A stretch of 64,000 nucleotides of DNA from a virus: the IMG/VR virus record IMGVR_UViG_3300043427_001127, positions 96,001 to 160,000 of that record. The stretch is one strand, 5' to 3'. The notes below the pieces were generated by a model, which did no database searches, was not told the origin of the DNA, and saw nothing but the letters and a program-made list of their open reading frames with translations. The position numbers and the translations under genes are program-made. Below, piece by piece: positions 44,743 through 54,384 of this stretch (the stretch's first letter is position 1; every line of letters begins with the position of its first letter).

Positions 44743-47595
44743 ATGTCTTTTGGCATAGAGCAATCACAAAAAACAGGTGGTCAAACATTGGGAGGATTCA
44801 TAGCTGGCAAAGCTATGCAATCTAGAGATGATGCAAAAAAAGAAAAAGAAAAGCAACAAAAGATAGAAGAAAAGGGCGGCGAAGTAAACGAAGAAGACAA
44901 AAAGGGATTATTTAAAAAAGCTCTCGCTCATAACTTTGGTGGTGGATTTTTATCTGGTAAAAAATCTTTTGGCGAAAACTTTAACTATAAAATGCCACCC
45001 AAACCAGAATCATCTGGATCATCTTCTTCCGCGTCAGGTGCTGGTGGTGGATCTGGTGGTGCTGGAAAAGGACTAGCGAAGATTCTTACTGGAGGATTTG
45101 GTTCTCTGGTAGCAGATACTACGGCTATTCAGGGGGGTTTGTCTGCGATTACGCAACTATTAAACTCTCAGTTGCAGTCTAGTAGTTTCACTTCTAACGG
45201 TATATCTGGTATTCAGGCGATTTTAGCAGATCAACTTGAATCTCAAGGTCAGATGATAGAGTTGATGGGAGGCGAAAGACCATCTTCAAGTGCTGCTGCT
45301 GGCGCTTCTGGTATGTTTGGCATGTCCCAATCATCTAAAACTGGTGGCGAAACTTTAACTGGATTTATAGCAGAAAAATGGCAACAGATTCAGGGAGTTA
45401 TTAGTTTTGTTTCTGGATTGATGTCTGGTGGTGGTATAACTGGACTGATTGCAAGAATGCTTCCTGGTCCTGTTGCAAACATATTGGGTCTTGGTGGAGC
45501 GCAAGGAGCAGCTGCGGCAGGAGGTGGCGCTGCAGCGGGTGGTGGAGTTACTGCAGGAGCAGTTGCGACTGGTGCCGCTGCTACTGCCGCTGTTGCTGGT
45601 ACGGGACTTGCTGCTAGTGCTGTAGGCGAAGCAACAAGAGGTCTTGGAGATCAATGGAGAAACCTAGACAATAAAAAGAAAAAGGAAATTTTAAAGAATC
45701 CATTTTTGAATACATTTTTAATGATGCCGCCACTTACGCCAGTAGGTATTGCAGCACAGACTGGTATGATACCAGATCAGTTATTGGACATGACTGAAGA
45801 CCCTATTGCTCGCGTTTTGGATGGAAACTCTGCAATAGCAGAAACTATTGGAGCTCCATTTAGGGCAATATTTGAACTTATTATGGCTGGTGGTGATGTG
45901 AGTAAATCAAATGCCAAGATGGCAGAGATTGACGCAAACCTTCGTGAAAACTTCCGTCAAGCTTTTGATCCAAATGGAAAGAAAGGATCCTGGGGATCTG
46001 CATGGGGTAATGAATATGGCACTGCTGAGTCTAGAATAACAAAGAATGCATCTGGATCTGTGATGCTTGGGGAAGCGGGTAAAGAAGCAGTTGTAGATTT
46101 GCATAGTGCGGATGCTGCTGGCATGGAAGGCACTCAAGACCCTGGCATGAAGGCGTCTGGAGCATCTATGCTTGCTGTGGTTGACCAGTTTGTGAAAGGA
46201 ATGGGACCACTTGGAGCACCAGTTGCACAAGCATTGGGACCAGATGTTCAGAATCTTGCAAGACAGTTTGGTATGTCACAAACTCTACCAAACTTAAAAA
46301 TAGGTGGTGGTAAGTTCAAAGAGGATGGAAAATCAAGAAGAGAAAAAAACAAGTTTTTAGAGAATCTTATTTCTGGATCTTTAGAAGCATTAGGTGCTAA
46401 AAAGAAAGAGGATAAGCAGACAACGCCAGGTGGAGCTCCAGCTCCAACAGGAGACGCAAATCAACAAAGATCGCAAGAAAGACAAGAAGATACAAGACAA
46501 ACACTTGAAAGTATTCCTGGTGCTGGTGCTGCAATGGAAAGACCTGATCCAGAAGGCATTAAAAAAGCGGAAGGCGAACAAGCAATGATGACTACTGGTA
46601 AGGTGAAAGGAACTCAAGTTAAACTAGGTACTGGTGATAAATTAACTGTTCCTAGCGCAGATTTGAATCCTGTTGAAGGCAGTAACGGTAAGTATTGGTA
46701 TGATAACAAAGGACAGATATATAAATGGCGACCAGGGGAGCAAGTTGTACAACTATACTTAGACGAAATACAGAAGCAAGGAAAAGCTGATAGTTTTGAT
46801 TTGGTGAGGAATACAACAACTGGTGTTGTAAGAAGAGTCAGTACCCAAAGAGATTGGAATCCATTTAATAATGCCAGCATTATTAAAAATGGCGAATACA
46901 GTTATAGAGCAAATGATAAGTTGATTGATAATAGAAATGGAACACCAGTTTGGTCTAGACAAACTGAGAAACAAGATTTAGGTGGATTGCATGGACCAGA
47001 AATAGCAATACCAAAACAAAGTAGTTTAACTTCTTTTGAAGATGGTGGATGGTTCCAACGTCTCACAAGATGGTTGACAACTCCAATGGGTCAAGGCGCT
47101 TCTGATAAGGCAGTTTCTTCCCTGCAAAGATCTGCTAGTGCTGGAAATATGGGAAGCACTGCACAAGGTCTCAGTAATAGGAGAGCAGCAACTGATGCTG
47201 CCATTAGAGAAATGCTGGGTCATGAAAAGGGTGGTTCTATGTTTGGTGTTACTCAACATAACAAAATCACCATTGAACAAAGGATGGATGATATTGAGAA
47301 GATGACAAAAATGTTGGCTTCCATGGTTGGATCAACTACTAGTGCTGCTGGACCATCTTCTACTTCATCTGCTCCTAAGGTTTCTGCTCCAGCATCTCCA
47401 GTAACAGCAACAGATCAAGTTGCTGATGAGATGTCTGAAATGGCAGTTATTAATGTTATCCAATCTGGCGGTTCTTCTCCTACTATTCCAGTTGAGCAAG
47501 AATCACCTCAAAATAGTACAGATTATATTGCAGATCCCTCTTCTAGTGGTCTAGCTTCAGTTCTTTGTATGTCTTCACCTTGGGGGGCGATGTAA
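44743..47595 (+). CDS. tape-measure-like Gly/Ala-rich protein
   Basis: Low-complexity helical sequence; GEAGKEAVV motif; paralogous to the two upstream genes. Confidence 0.65.
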   Translation: MSFGIEQSQKTGGQTLGGFIAGKAMQSRDDAKKEKEKQQKIEEKGGEVNEEDKKGLFKKALAHNFGGGFLSGKKSFGENFNYKMPPKPESSGSSSSASGAGGGSGGAGKGLAKILTGGFGSLVADTTAIQGGLSAITQLLNSQLQSSSFTSNGISGIQAILADQLESQGQMIELMGGERPSSSAAAGASGMFGMSQSSKTGGETLTGFIAEKWQQIQGVISFVSGLMSGGGITGLIARMLPGPVANILGLGGAQGAAAAGGGAAAGGGVTAGAVATGAAATAAVAGTGLAASAVGEATRGLGDQWRNLDNKKKKEILKNPFLNTFLMMPPLTPVGIAAQTGMIPDQLLDMTEDPIARVLDGNSAIAETIGAPFRAIFELIMAGGDVSKSNAKMAEIDANLRENFRQAFDPNGKKGSWGSAWGNEYGTAESRITKNASGSVMLGEAGKEAVVDLHSADAAGMEGTQDPGMKASGASMLAVVDQFVKGMGPLGAPVAQALGPDVQNLARQFGMSQTLPNLKIGGGKFKEDGKSRREKNKFLENLISGSLEALGAKKKEDKQTTPGGAPAPTGDANQQRSQERQEDTRQTLESIPGAGAAMERPDPEGIKKAEGEQAMMTTGKVKGTQVKLGTGDKLTVPSADLNPVEGSNGKYWYDNKGQIYKWRPGEQVVQLYLDEIQKQGKADSFDLVRNTTTGVVRRVSTQRDWNPFNNASIIKNGEYSYRANDKLIDNRNGTPVWSRQTEKQDLGGLHGPEIAIPKQSSLTSFEDGGWFQRLTRWLTTPMGQGASDKAVSSLQRSASAGNMGSTAQGLSNRRAATDAAIREMLGHEKGGSMFGVTQHNKITIEQRMDDIEKMTKMLASMVGSTTSAAGPSSTSSAPKVSAPASPVTATDQVADEMSEMAVINVIQSGGSSPTIPVEQESPQNSTDYIADPSSSGLASVLCMSSPWGAM

Positions 47596-49001
47596 TGTCT
47601 TTAGACTTAAATGCAGTAGTTAAATCTGTTACTATAACTGACACAAAAGGTGTATCACATCCGCTTACTGGAAATAATCCAGAAGCTCAGATAGTTGGGT
47701 TGAAGATTTTTGAGAGTATAGAAAGTTATACAATGATGGCAGAACTTATGATTTTTGATACTGCCATAAACTTGGTGGGAACTGCACCAATCGTGGGAAC
47801 TGAAACCGTAGAAATAGAACTAGAAGCACCAAATATTTCAGAGACTACTTATAAATGGAAGTTTGTTGTGTATGGCATCAGAAACAGAGTTGTGTCAAAA
47901 AATCAACAACTATATGTTTTAGATTTATTTTCTGAAGAAGCTTTACGAAATGAGACTTTGAGAATAGGAAAAGTTCTTAAAGAAACTGGAGATAAAATAG
48001 TCGAAGATATTGTAAAAAATTATTTAAAATCAGAAAAACAAATAGTGGATAGAGAAGTTGCTAAGTATAAGATGAAACTAATCCCTGCATTGAAAAGACC
48101 CTTTGATGTGATTACTTCTATTTTACCAGAATGTGTTTCAAGTACTGCTAATCCTAGCGTACCAAACTCAGCAACATCACTTTCTGGAAGTGGTGGTGCA
48201 GCATCAAACCAAAATGGTGTTACTAACTCAGTCACAGCAACATCGGCACCTGTTATTTCTGGGAGTGCTGGATACATGTTTTTTGAGAGATATGATGGTT
48301 ATGTTTTTAAGTCAATAGACAGCATGATTATTGCCGATTCAAAGCATAAAGAATATGTCTATGCGTATGCTCAATCAGATCAAGACACAGCGGAAAAAAA
48401 CTCATATAAAATCCTCAACTATTCTTTTTCAAGTCAAGAAAATATTTTAAGAAAAATGAGATATGGTGTTTATTCTTCAATGATCTCATTTTTCAATCCT
48501 TCTTCGTGTGAATATGAAGAATATTTTTTTGATTTGAGTAAAGAATATCCACAGATGTATCATTTGGGTAAAGACGAAGCTTTGCCAGAAACTATAAAAA
48601 CTTTATCTCAGTTTCCGACTCGCATTATGTTACAATGCTTTGATCATGAAATCTTCCATAATACTGATGGTATTGCTGCTCCTGACCAAGGAGGAACTGC
48701 AGAGTTCCCAGACTTCAAAAAACAGTGGTTAGCTCAATCAGTCAGTAGAGGAATGATATTGAATAATCAGGTGCTAAATATCACTATACCTATTAATTTT
48801 GACTTAAGAGCTGGAGATAAACTCAAAGTTCAACTACCAAATCAATCAGTGCAATCTAAACGTGAAGATGAAAAATATGATAAAGCAAATAGTGGATTTT
48901 ATTTAATCAAAAAAATATCTTATGAAGTTATGAGAGATAATAACAAAGGATTGATAGCAGTTTGTAACTTAGAGTTAATCCGAGACAACCTAGGGAGTTA
49001 A
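47595..49001 (+). CDS. baseplate hub protein (gp27-like)
   Basis: IFESI, YMFFE..DGY.FKSID, L.AGD, SG.YLI; precedes gp5. Confidence 0.7.
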   Translation: MSLDLNAVVKSVTITDTKGVSHPLTGNNPEAQIVGLKIFESIESYTMMAELMIFDTAINLVGTAPIVGTETVEIELEAPNISETTYKWKFVVYGIRNRVVSKNQQLYVLDLFSEEALRNETLRIGKVLKETGDKIVEDIVKNYLKSEKQIVDREVAKYKMKLIPALKRPFDVITSILPECVSSTANPSVPNSATSLSGSGGAASNQNGVTNSVTATSAPVISGSAGYMFFERYDGYVFKSIDSMIIADSKHKEYVYAYAQSDQDTAEKNSYKILNYSFSSQENILRKMRYGVYSSMISFFNPSSCEYEEYFFDLSKEYPQMYHLGKDEALPETIKTLSQFPTRIMLQCFDHEIFHNTDGIAAPDQGGTAEFPDFKKQWLAQSVSRGMILNNQVLNITIPINFDLRAGDKLKVQLPNQSVQSKREDEKYDKANSGFYLIKKISYEVMRDNNKGLIAVCNLELIRDNLGS

Positions 49002-49006
49002 AAAAT

Positions 49007-49225
49007 ATGACAGATAAATCTATAAGCGATCATATTGAGCGCGATAAAAAAATATTAGACGATCCTCTGGTATCTTCGCAGTCAAGAAGACACGCAGAAG
49101 AAGAACTTGAACAACTAGAAAGATATCAACAAAATCATCCAAACGATGACCACGATCCAAGTCCTTTGGAGTTATATTGTAATGATAACCCAGAGGCATT
49201 AGAATGTAGAGTATATGAAGTCTGA
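49007..49225 (+). CDS. cp12: CP12 Calvin-cycle inhibitor
   Basis: LELYCNDNPEALECRVYE C-terminus. Confidence 0.9.
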   Translation: MTDKSISDHIERDKKILDDPLVSSQSRRHAEEELEQLERYQQNHPNDDHDPSPLELYCNDNPEALECRVYEV

Positions 49226-51897
49226 TGTTACCTGAACTTAACTTACCTGTTAATTTTGCTGGAAAAGATGGTTTCTACTGGTGGATAGGGCAAGTAGAGA
49301 CGGAAGATGGTGTAAAAAATTCTAACAGGTATAAAGTTCGCATTGTTGGGCAGCATGTCAAGAGTTGCACTGCTGTTCCCGTTGAAGATTTACCATGGGC
49401 AGTGGTAATGCTCCCAGTGACAGCACCATCAAGCGAAGGAAATAGTAACTACTCTCCTGCTAAGTTGCAGAAGGGAGATTGGGTTATTGGTTTCTTTATG
49501 GATGGTGCTGTTGGGCAGCAACCCATTATTATGGGTAGTCTACAAAAAGTTACCAACTCAACAAAAAATAATAAACTTGATGGTGAAAATCCAACAACAG
49601 AATGCCTAGCATTCACTAGATACGTTCCGCCAACAAACCCATATATTGCACAACCTGTAGGTGCTATTGATAAATCTGATGCCAGACCTGGAAATACAGG
49701 TGATGTAAAAGGAAAGGGAACAAATAATCCTGGTCCACCTCCCGCTGTTGCTAGATCTGCATCTGAATACAGTCCAACCGCAACATCAACTAGATTTTCT
49801 TGTGCAAATGTTGCTGATGTAGCGTGTAAAGATACGAATAAGACAAACAGTTGGATGGAAAATACTCTAACTGAGTTATTTGGTTCTATATCAAGTAGTG
49901 GAGGACAGATAGGAACTCAGTTATTGAGTAGTGCTACAGGAACATTAGTTGATTATGCAAGTGCAGCAAAAGGATATATTAACAGAGCATTTGGTGTAGC
50001 AAAAGCTTATTTGGAAAGAGCAAAAGCACAAATGTTAGCACTAATAAAACAAGGTGTTGGTGCTATTGTTAAGTTTACTATGGGTGTTCCCGCACCAACT
50101 ATTGATCCAGTAACAGGAGAAGCAGTAAAGACTAAAAAAACTGGAGTTCTCGGAACTATTATTCAGTGGTTAAACGATCAACTTGGGTTAGTAAACTGCG
50201 CGATTGCTGATTTAGAACAAAAACTTTTAGATTTTCTTACCAAGTTAATAACAGATCTATTGACCAGTGTTGTAAATGGAGCAACTTGTATTGTAGAAGC
50301 GGTAATATCTGAGATTTTATCGGAAATAGAATCATATTTGACAGGATTGATTGACGCTATATTGGGACCACTGCAAGCATTGTTAGGAATCATTGCTAGT
50401 CCTTTGAATATTTTAGGTGCGGCTTTAGAATATATTTTTCAACTATTGGGAATATCATGTAGTGGTAATGGCAACAAATGTAGAGACGAGGAACAGTTAA
50501 AAAACTGTACTGGACCAGAGAAAAAACCTGGCGAAGATGATTTCGCGGCATTGGATAAGTTAATCGCGGATATTCAAGATGATATTGCTCCATCTCCACT
50601 CCAAACCAGTTGCGCTGCTTCTGAAGCTATTCCTTGTGCTCCACTGACAGAAGCAGATGTTGCTGGCGGAGAACCAAACCCAGAAGAGTTTACGGGTGAA
50701 CCAGAAGGAACTTTAGATCCACCTTCAGATCCATTTGGAGAAGATTATTTTGATGATTTTCCAAATCCATACGAACCAGATGAAGATGATTTGCCAGATG
50801 GAGAAGACGATACTGGAGATACCACAACAACTTTACCATTGATAGCTGGCGTGGTTAGTAATGGATTCTTTAGTGTATTAGGTACTACAGAGATAGTATC
50901 TGACATAAACACAGTATTAAATGCCAATCTGGTAACAACTGGGCATTTTTCAATATATCCTACTGGAACTGAAGAAGATGGTGTGAGTTTTACAGATGCT
51001 ACTGAGGGGCAAACACCTTCTGTTTTTGTTTCGTATTCTCTCACTTCTAACAAGAATACAGTTTCTGCGGGAGAAAGCATAACCTTTACATTAACCGATT
51101 TGTCTGAAACTATTGCTGATGGAACTGTGTTTGATTATGTATTATTTGGAGTGGTGCAAACTGGAGATTTTGTGGGTAATAGTATTCTTGGGCAAATGAC
51201 CATGAATAATAGTGTTTCTACAAAAACTATTCAAATTTCAAGTAATCTTAGTTTTGTTGGATCTAGGCAAGTAACTTTTAATGTTGCAGCTAGATCTAAA
51301 CTTTTTACAATAAACAATCTCGTTCCAGATTCTACCACACCTACAACAACACCGCAACCTACTTTTAAACCTCCTGTGTTAGGAACTCCAGAAGTAGATG
51401 ATGAAGGAAAAATCATTGACATACCAATAGAAGATCCTGGAGATCCTTACATTTTCCCACCATTCATAAAAATATATGGAACTGGAGTGGGAGCTTCTGC
51501 AAAAGCGGTTCTGGATAATAGTGGAAGACTATCAAAAGTTTTAGTACAACGTCCTGGTAGAGGATATACGCCTAATAAAACTCCAGCAAAATCATGTGTT
51601 ATTGATGGATTTGTAGTCATTCGACCAGGAGTGGGATACACAAAAACTCCAACAATATATGTTGATGGAGATCCAGCAGTTGCTAGAGCGATTATAAATG
51701 ACAAAGGAAATATTGTAGACATAGAAGTTTTGAATAAATTAAAACCTTTTGAGGGATATCCTGAGATTATTATACAAGGCAACGGTGCTGGAGCAAAAGC
51801 GATACCTTCTTTCTCTTGCCTAGATAATAAGAGATTCAATCTACTTGTTGGTGAGATTGCTCCTTCTGGTGTTGATGAAGTTGTTGATTGTCCATAA
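49225..51897 (+). CDS. gp5: baseplate central spike (gp5-like N-terminal OB fold plus extensions)
   Basis: GKDGFYWWIGQVE, RYKVRIVG.H, LPWA, V.GFF.DG...QQP.IMG; PG.GY repeats. Confidence 0.85.
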   Translation: MLPELNLPVNFAGKDGFYWWIGQVETEDGVKNSNRYKVRIVGQHVKSCTAVPVEDLPWAVVMLPVTAPSSEGNSNYSPAKLQKGDWVIGFFMDGAVGQQPIIMGSLQKVTNSTKNNKLDGENPTTECLAFTRYVPPTNPYIAQPVGAIDKSDARPGNTGDVKGKGTNNPGPPPAVARSASEYSPTATSTRFSCANVADVACKDTNKTNSWMENTLTELFGSISSSGGQIGTQLLSSATGTLVDYASAAKGYINRAFGVAKAYLERAKAQMLALIKQGVGAIVKFTMGVPAPTIDPVTGEAVKTKKTGVLGTIIQWLNDQLGLVNCAIADLEQKLLDFLTKLITDLLTSVVNGATCIVEAVISEILSEIESYLTGLIDAILGPLQALLGIIASPLNILGAALEYIFQLLGISCSGNGNKCRDEEQLKNCTGPEKKPGEDDFAALDKLIADIQDDIAPSPLQTSCAASEAIPCAPLTEADVAGGEPNPEEFTGEPEGTLDPPSDPFGEDYFDDFPNPYEPDEDDLPDGEDDTGDTTTTLPLIAGVVSNGFFSVLGTTEIVSDINTVLNANLVTTGHFSIYPTGTEEDGVSFTDATEGQTPSVFVSYSLTSNKNTVSAGESITFTLTDLSETIADGTVFDYVLFGVVQTGDFVGNSILGQMTMNNSVSTKTIQISSNLSFVGSRQVTFNVAARSKLFTINNLVPDSTTPTTTPQPTFKPPVLGTPEVDDEGKIIDIPIEDPGDPYIFPPFIKIYGTGVGASAKAVLDNSGRLSKVLVQRPGRGYTPNKTPAKSCVIDGFVVIRPGVGYTKTPTIYVDGDPAVARAIINDKGNIVDIEVLNKLKPFEGYPEIIIQGNGAGAKAIPSFSCLDNKRFNLLVGEIAPSGVDEVVDCP

Positions 51898-51908
51898 CGT
51901 AAACTATC

Positions 51909-53456
51909 ATGGCAAAAAGTTGGTTAGAACTACAAGAAGAATTAAAATCTGGTGCATCTACCTTAGCGGTTCCAGTACAAGATGAGGGGTGTGGAAGTAC
52001 AACCACGACTACATCTTCAAATGTTATTGATCTAGGAGATCCTGCAGATTTAACTGCTGGTATTAGCGATACTTTATCAGAAGTTCAATCTAGTATTGAT
52101 GCTTTTGGTTCTGAAGTGATGGGAGTGCTTCAAGATATCGGAGCATGGATTCCTTCTGAGTTGCAAGGATCTGCGGTTGCAGGTGGGACAGAAGCATCAG
52201 CACAAGAAAACTTTCAGGCGGGGAATGCTTTTGCTGCAGTAGATAAGGTAAAATCAGAAGTTAGTCAAGGTGGAAACATCATAAAAACCGAAGGTCATGA
52301 TAGTCAGACTGGGGATAGTTTTTACCAGATATTAACCAGTTCTGGAGCTGGTTTTACTATTGATACAGATGGGAGTTTTTACATAAGAGGAACAAAAAAT
52401 CCTTCGGAAGACCCAAAAACAGGTGGTGTTCATGTATTAGCAGACGGAGGAAGTCAGATTAAGTTGGGTGAATATTTGGTGATTGAAGTTGGCAACAACA
52501 ATAAAGTTCTTTCTGGTAAATCGGGATCTTCGGGAACAGAAGGACCAGCATTCTCATTATACATCAATGGTAACGCAGATATCAAGTGTGCTAACGGCGA
52601 TTTGAGACTAGGTGGAAATAATATTTTGATTGATGCTGCAGATTCTTTAGAGTTAAAAGGAACTGATATTAAGATTCACGCTGGTGTTGGAGCTGGTGAA
52701 CAACAATCAGAAGGTCAAGCACCACCAGATGAACAGGGTGGAACTATTGAAATGAAGTCTGGCGTTTTCAAGCAAACTTATGTTAGCAAGCAAGGAATAG
52801 AATCTGCCAACTATGCAAAATGCGATGGTGAACAGATTATTGCAATGAATGAACCTCAAGGAAACTTCGCTATTGAATCGGCGGGAACAATGAGTATTAA
52901 AGTTGAAGGTGATATGCTAGAGGAGATTGGCGGAAGAAAGATGACAGAGGTTATGAGACAGTTCGCACCTCTTCCACCTCCACTTGGACCATCACCAATA
53001 ATAAACGGCGTAAGTGCAGGATATTATATCGTAAACAAGAATCTCATTAAACCAGCTTTAGGAGCAAAGAGTGTAGAAAAAACGCCCCCTGTAGTTTATA
53101 TACACAGTCCAGAAACAGCAGTTGGTGGCGGACTTAAGGTTAGAGCAACTACTGGAAATATTGACTTAACTACAAACTTGGGAAATGTCATAATGGCATC
53201 CCAACAAGATATGTTTGCTTCTGTGTTTGATACTGCTTCCATGAAAGCAGACTTGTCTACTCCTGCTTTGGTCAAAGGTTTAACTAAACCAGGAGTATAT
53301 GTTGGATCTGTGTTGTCAAAAACAACACTGTTTAGTGGCACTGGTGTTTTGATGGGCATTACACCAACACCAATCGTTCCACCAGTTGATAAGTTTATAG
53401 ATATTGCTTTGACAAGAACAACAATCAAAAATATGACTGGCATCTTCTTGAACTGA
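51909..53456 (+). CDS. gp5 C-terminal-like beta-helical spike protein
   Basis: Short beta repeats (I.V.GD, INGNADI); position after the gp5 N-terminal gene. Confidence 0.6.
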   Translation: MAKSWLELQEELKSGASTLAVPVQDEGCGSTTTTTSSNVIDLGDPADLTAGISDTLSEVQSSIDAFGSEVMGVLQDIGAWIPSELQGSAVAGGTEASAQENFQAGNAFAAVDKVKSEVSQGGNIIKTEGHDSQTGDSFYQILTSSGAGFTIDTDGSFYIRGTKNPSEDPKTGGVHVLADGGSQIKLGEYLVIEVGNNNKVLSGKSGSSGTEGPAFSLYINGNADIKCANGDLRLGGNNILIDAADSLELKGTDIKIHAGVGAGEQQSEGQAPPDEQGGTIEMKSGVFKQTYVSKQGIESANYAKCDGEQIIAMNEPQGNFAIESAGTMSIKVEGDMLEEIGGRKMTEVMRQFAPLPPPLGPSPIINGVSAGYYIVNKNLIKPALGAKSVEKTPPVVYIHSPETAVGGGLKVRATTGNIDLTTNLGNVIMASQQDMFASVFDTASMKADLSTPALVKGLTKPGVYVGSVLSKTTLFSGTGVLMGITPTPIVPPVDKFIDIALTRTTIKNMTGIFLN

Positions 53457-53459
53457 CAC

Positions 53460-53488
53460 TTGACAACCCTGCCAAAACCCAGTACAAT
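53460..53488 (+). promoter_or_regulatory. sigma70-type promoter
   Basis: TTGACA-17-TACAAT; further ones at 53555-53583 and 53788-53816. Confidence 0.75.
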
Positions 53489-53511
53489 AGCAATGTAGTC
53501 GCTTCAAGGTC

Positions 53512-53712
53512 ATGGAGTCTCATATGAATCTCAAAAATCCACAGGAACAGGCTCTTGACATCATCACGGTTGACCTGTATAATAAGAAGATCGTCATACG
53601 GGGTGAGGATGCCACTACCATCACATTTAAATGCTCTACTATCAATGAGTTGGTTGAGTTAAAGGACGAATGTTCTCGATTACTTAAGTCCAAAAACTTT
53701 GCTTATCGCTAA
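53512..53712 (+). CDS. hypothetical protein
   Basis: ORF after promoter. Confidence 0.65.
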   Translation: MESHMNLKNPQEQALDIITVDLYNKKIVIRGEDATTITFKCSTINELVELKDECSRLLKSKNFAYR

Positions 53713-53713
53713 T

Positions 53714-53786
53714 GCTGGTTTAGCTATCTGGTGAAAGCACCCGACTCATAATCGGATACAGGCGAGTTCGATCCTCGCAACCAGCA
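53714..53786 (+). tRNA. tRNA with CAT anticodon (elongator Met or Ile2)
   Basis: Cloverleaf, loop CTCATAA. Confidence 0.9.
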
Positions 53787-53829
53787 CTTGACAATCCGAG
53801 CAAACTCTGCTATGATTGTCTCATCACCT

Positions 53830-53913
53830 GGGGCGGTGGTGGAATCGGTAGACACACCAGACTTAAAATCTGTTGGGAGCAATCCCGTGAGAGTTCAAGT
53901 CTCTCTCGCCCTA
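53830..53913 (+). tRNA. tRNA-Leu(TAA), intronless
   Basis: Cloverleaf, loop CTTAAAA, long variable arm. Confidence 0.95.
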
Positions 53914-53945
53914 TCCCCACTAAATAATGTGTAGTGGGAAATGTT

Positions 53946-54212
53946 ATGAAATACACATTATCTCAAGCATATGTCTTTTATATGGGTGAGGTTGTGCGTA
54001 TGTATTTCATACAAGGTCTTCCTTATACATTTGATGAACTTCCTCAAATAGTACAAGACCATCCTTCAGTTCAATCAGAAGCTCTTTCTCATCGTGACTA
54101 CGATGACGAAGATATGTTTAACTGGTGCAACTATCTTGTTATGGAAGAAATGCACCCTTTAATGTTTGACATAGAAGTGGAAAACCCAGATTTACTCCCA
54201 AAAGACGAATAA
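53946..54212 (+). CDS. conserved hypothetical protein
   Basis: VRMYFIQGLPYTFDEL...YL..EE.HPL. Confidence 0.75.
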   Translation: MKYTLSQAYVFYMGEVVRMYFIQGLPYTFDELPQIVQDHPSVQSEALSHRDYDDEDMFNWCNYLVMEEMHPLMFDIEVENPDLLPKDE

Positions 54213-54213
54213 T

Positions 54214-54287
54214 GCCCTGATAGCTCAGCTGGATAGAGCAACGGTTTTGTAAACCGTAGGTCGTCGGTTCAAGTCCGACTCGGGGCT
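54214..54287 (+). tRNA. tRNA-Thr(TGT)
   Basis: Cloverleaf, loop TTTGTAA. Confidence 0.95.
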
Positions 54288-54311
54288 CTCCGTGTGAAGG
54301 AAGTCAAATCC

Positions 54312-54346
54312 AACCTGAGGTCTCCTCAGGTTTTTTTGTATAAATA
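54312..54346 (+). terminator. intrinsic terminator followed by T4 late promoter
   Basis: AACCTGAGG-tct-CCTCAGGTT-TTTTT, then TATAAATA at 54339-54346. Confidence 0.85.
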
Positions 54347-54384
54347 ACTCAGAAGAAATCCACCATAGTTAGGGTAACTGAGTA

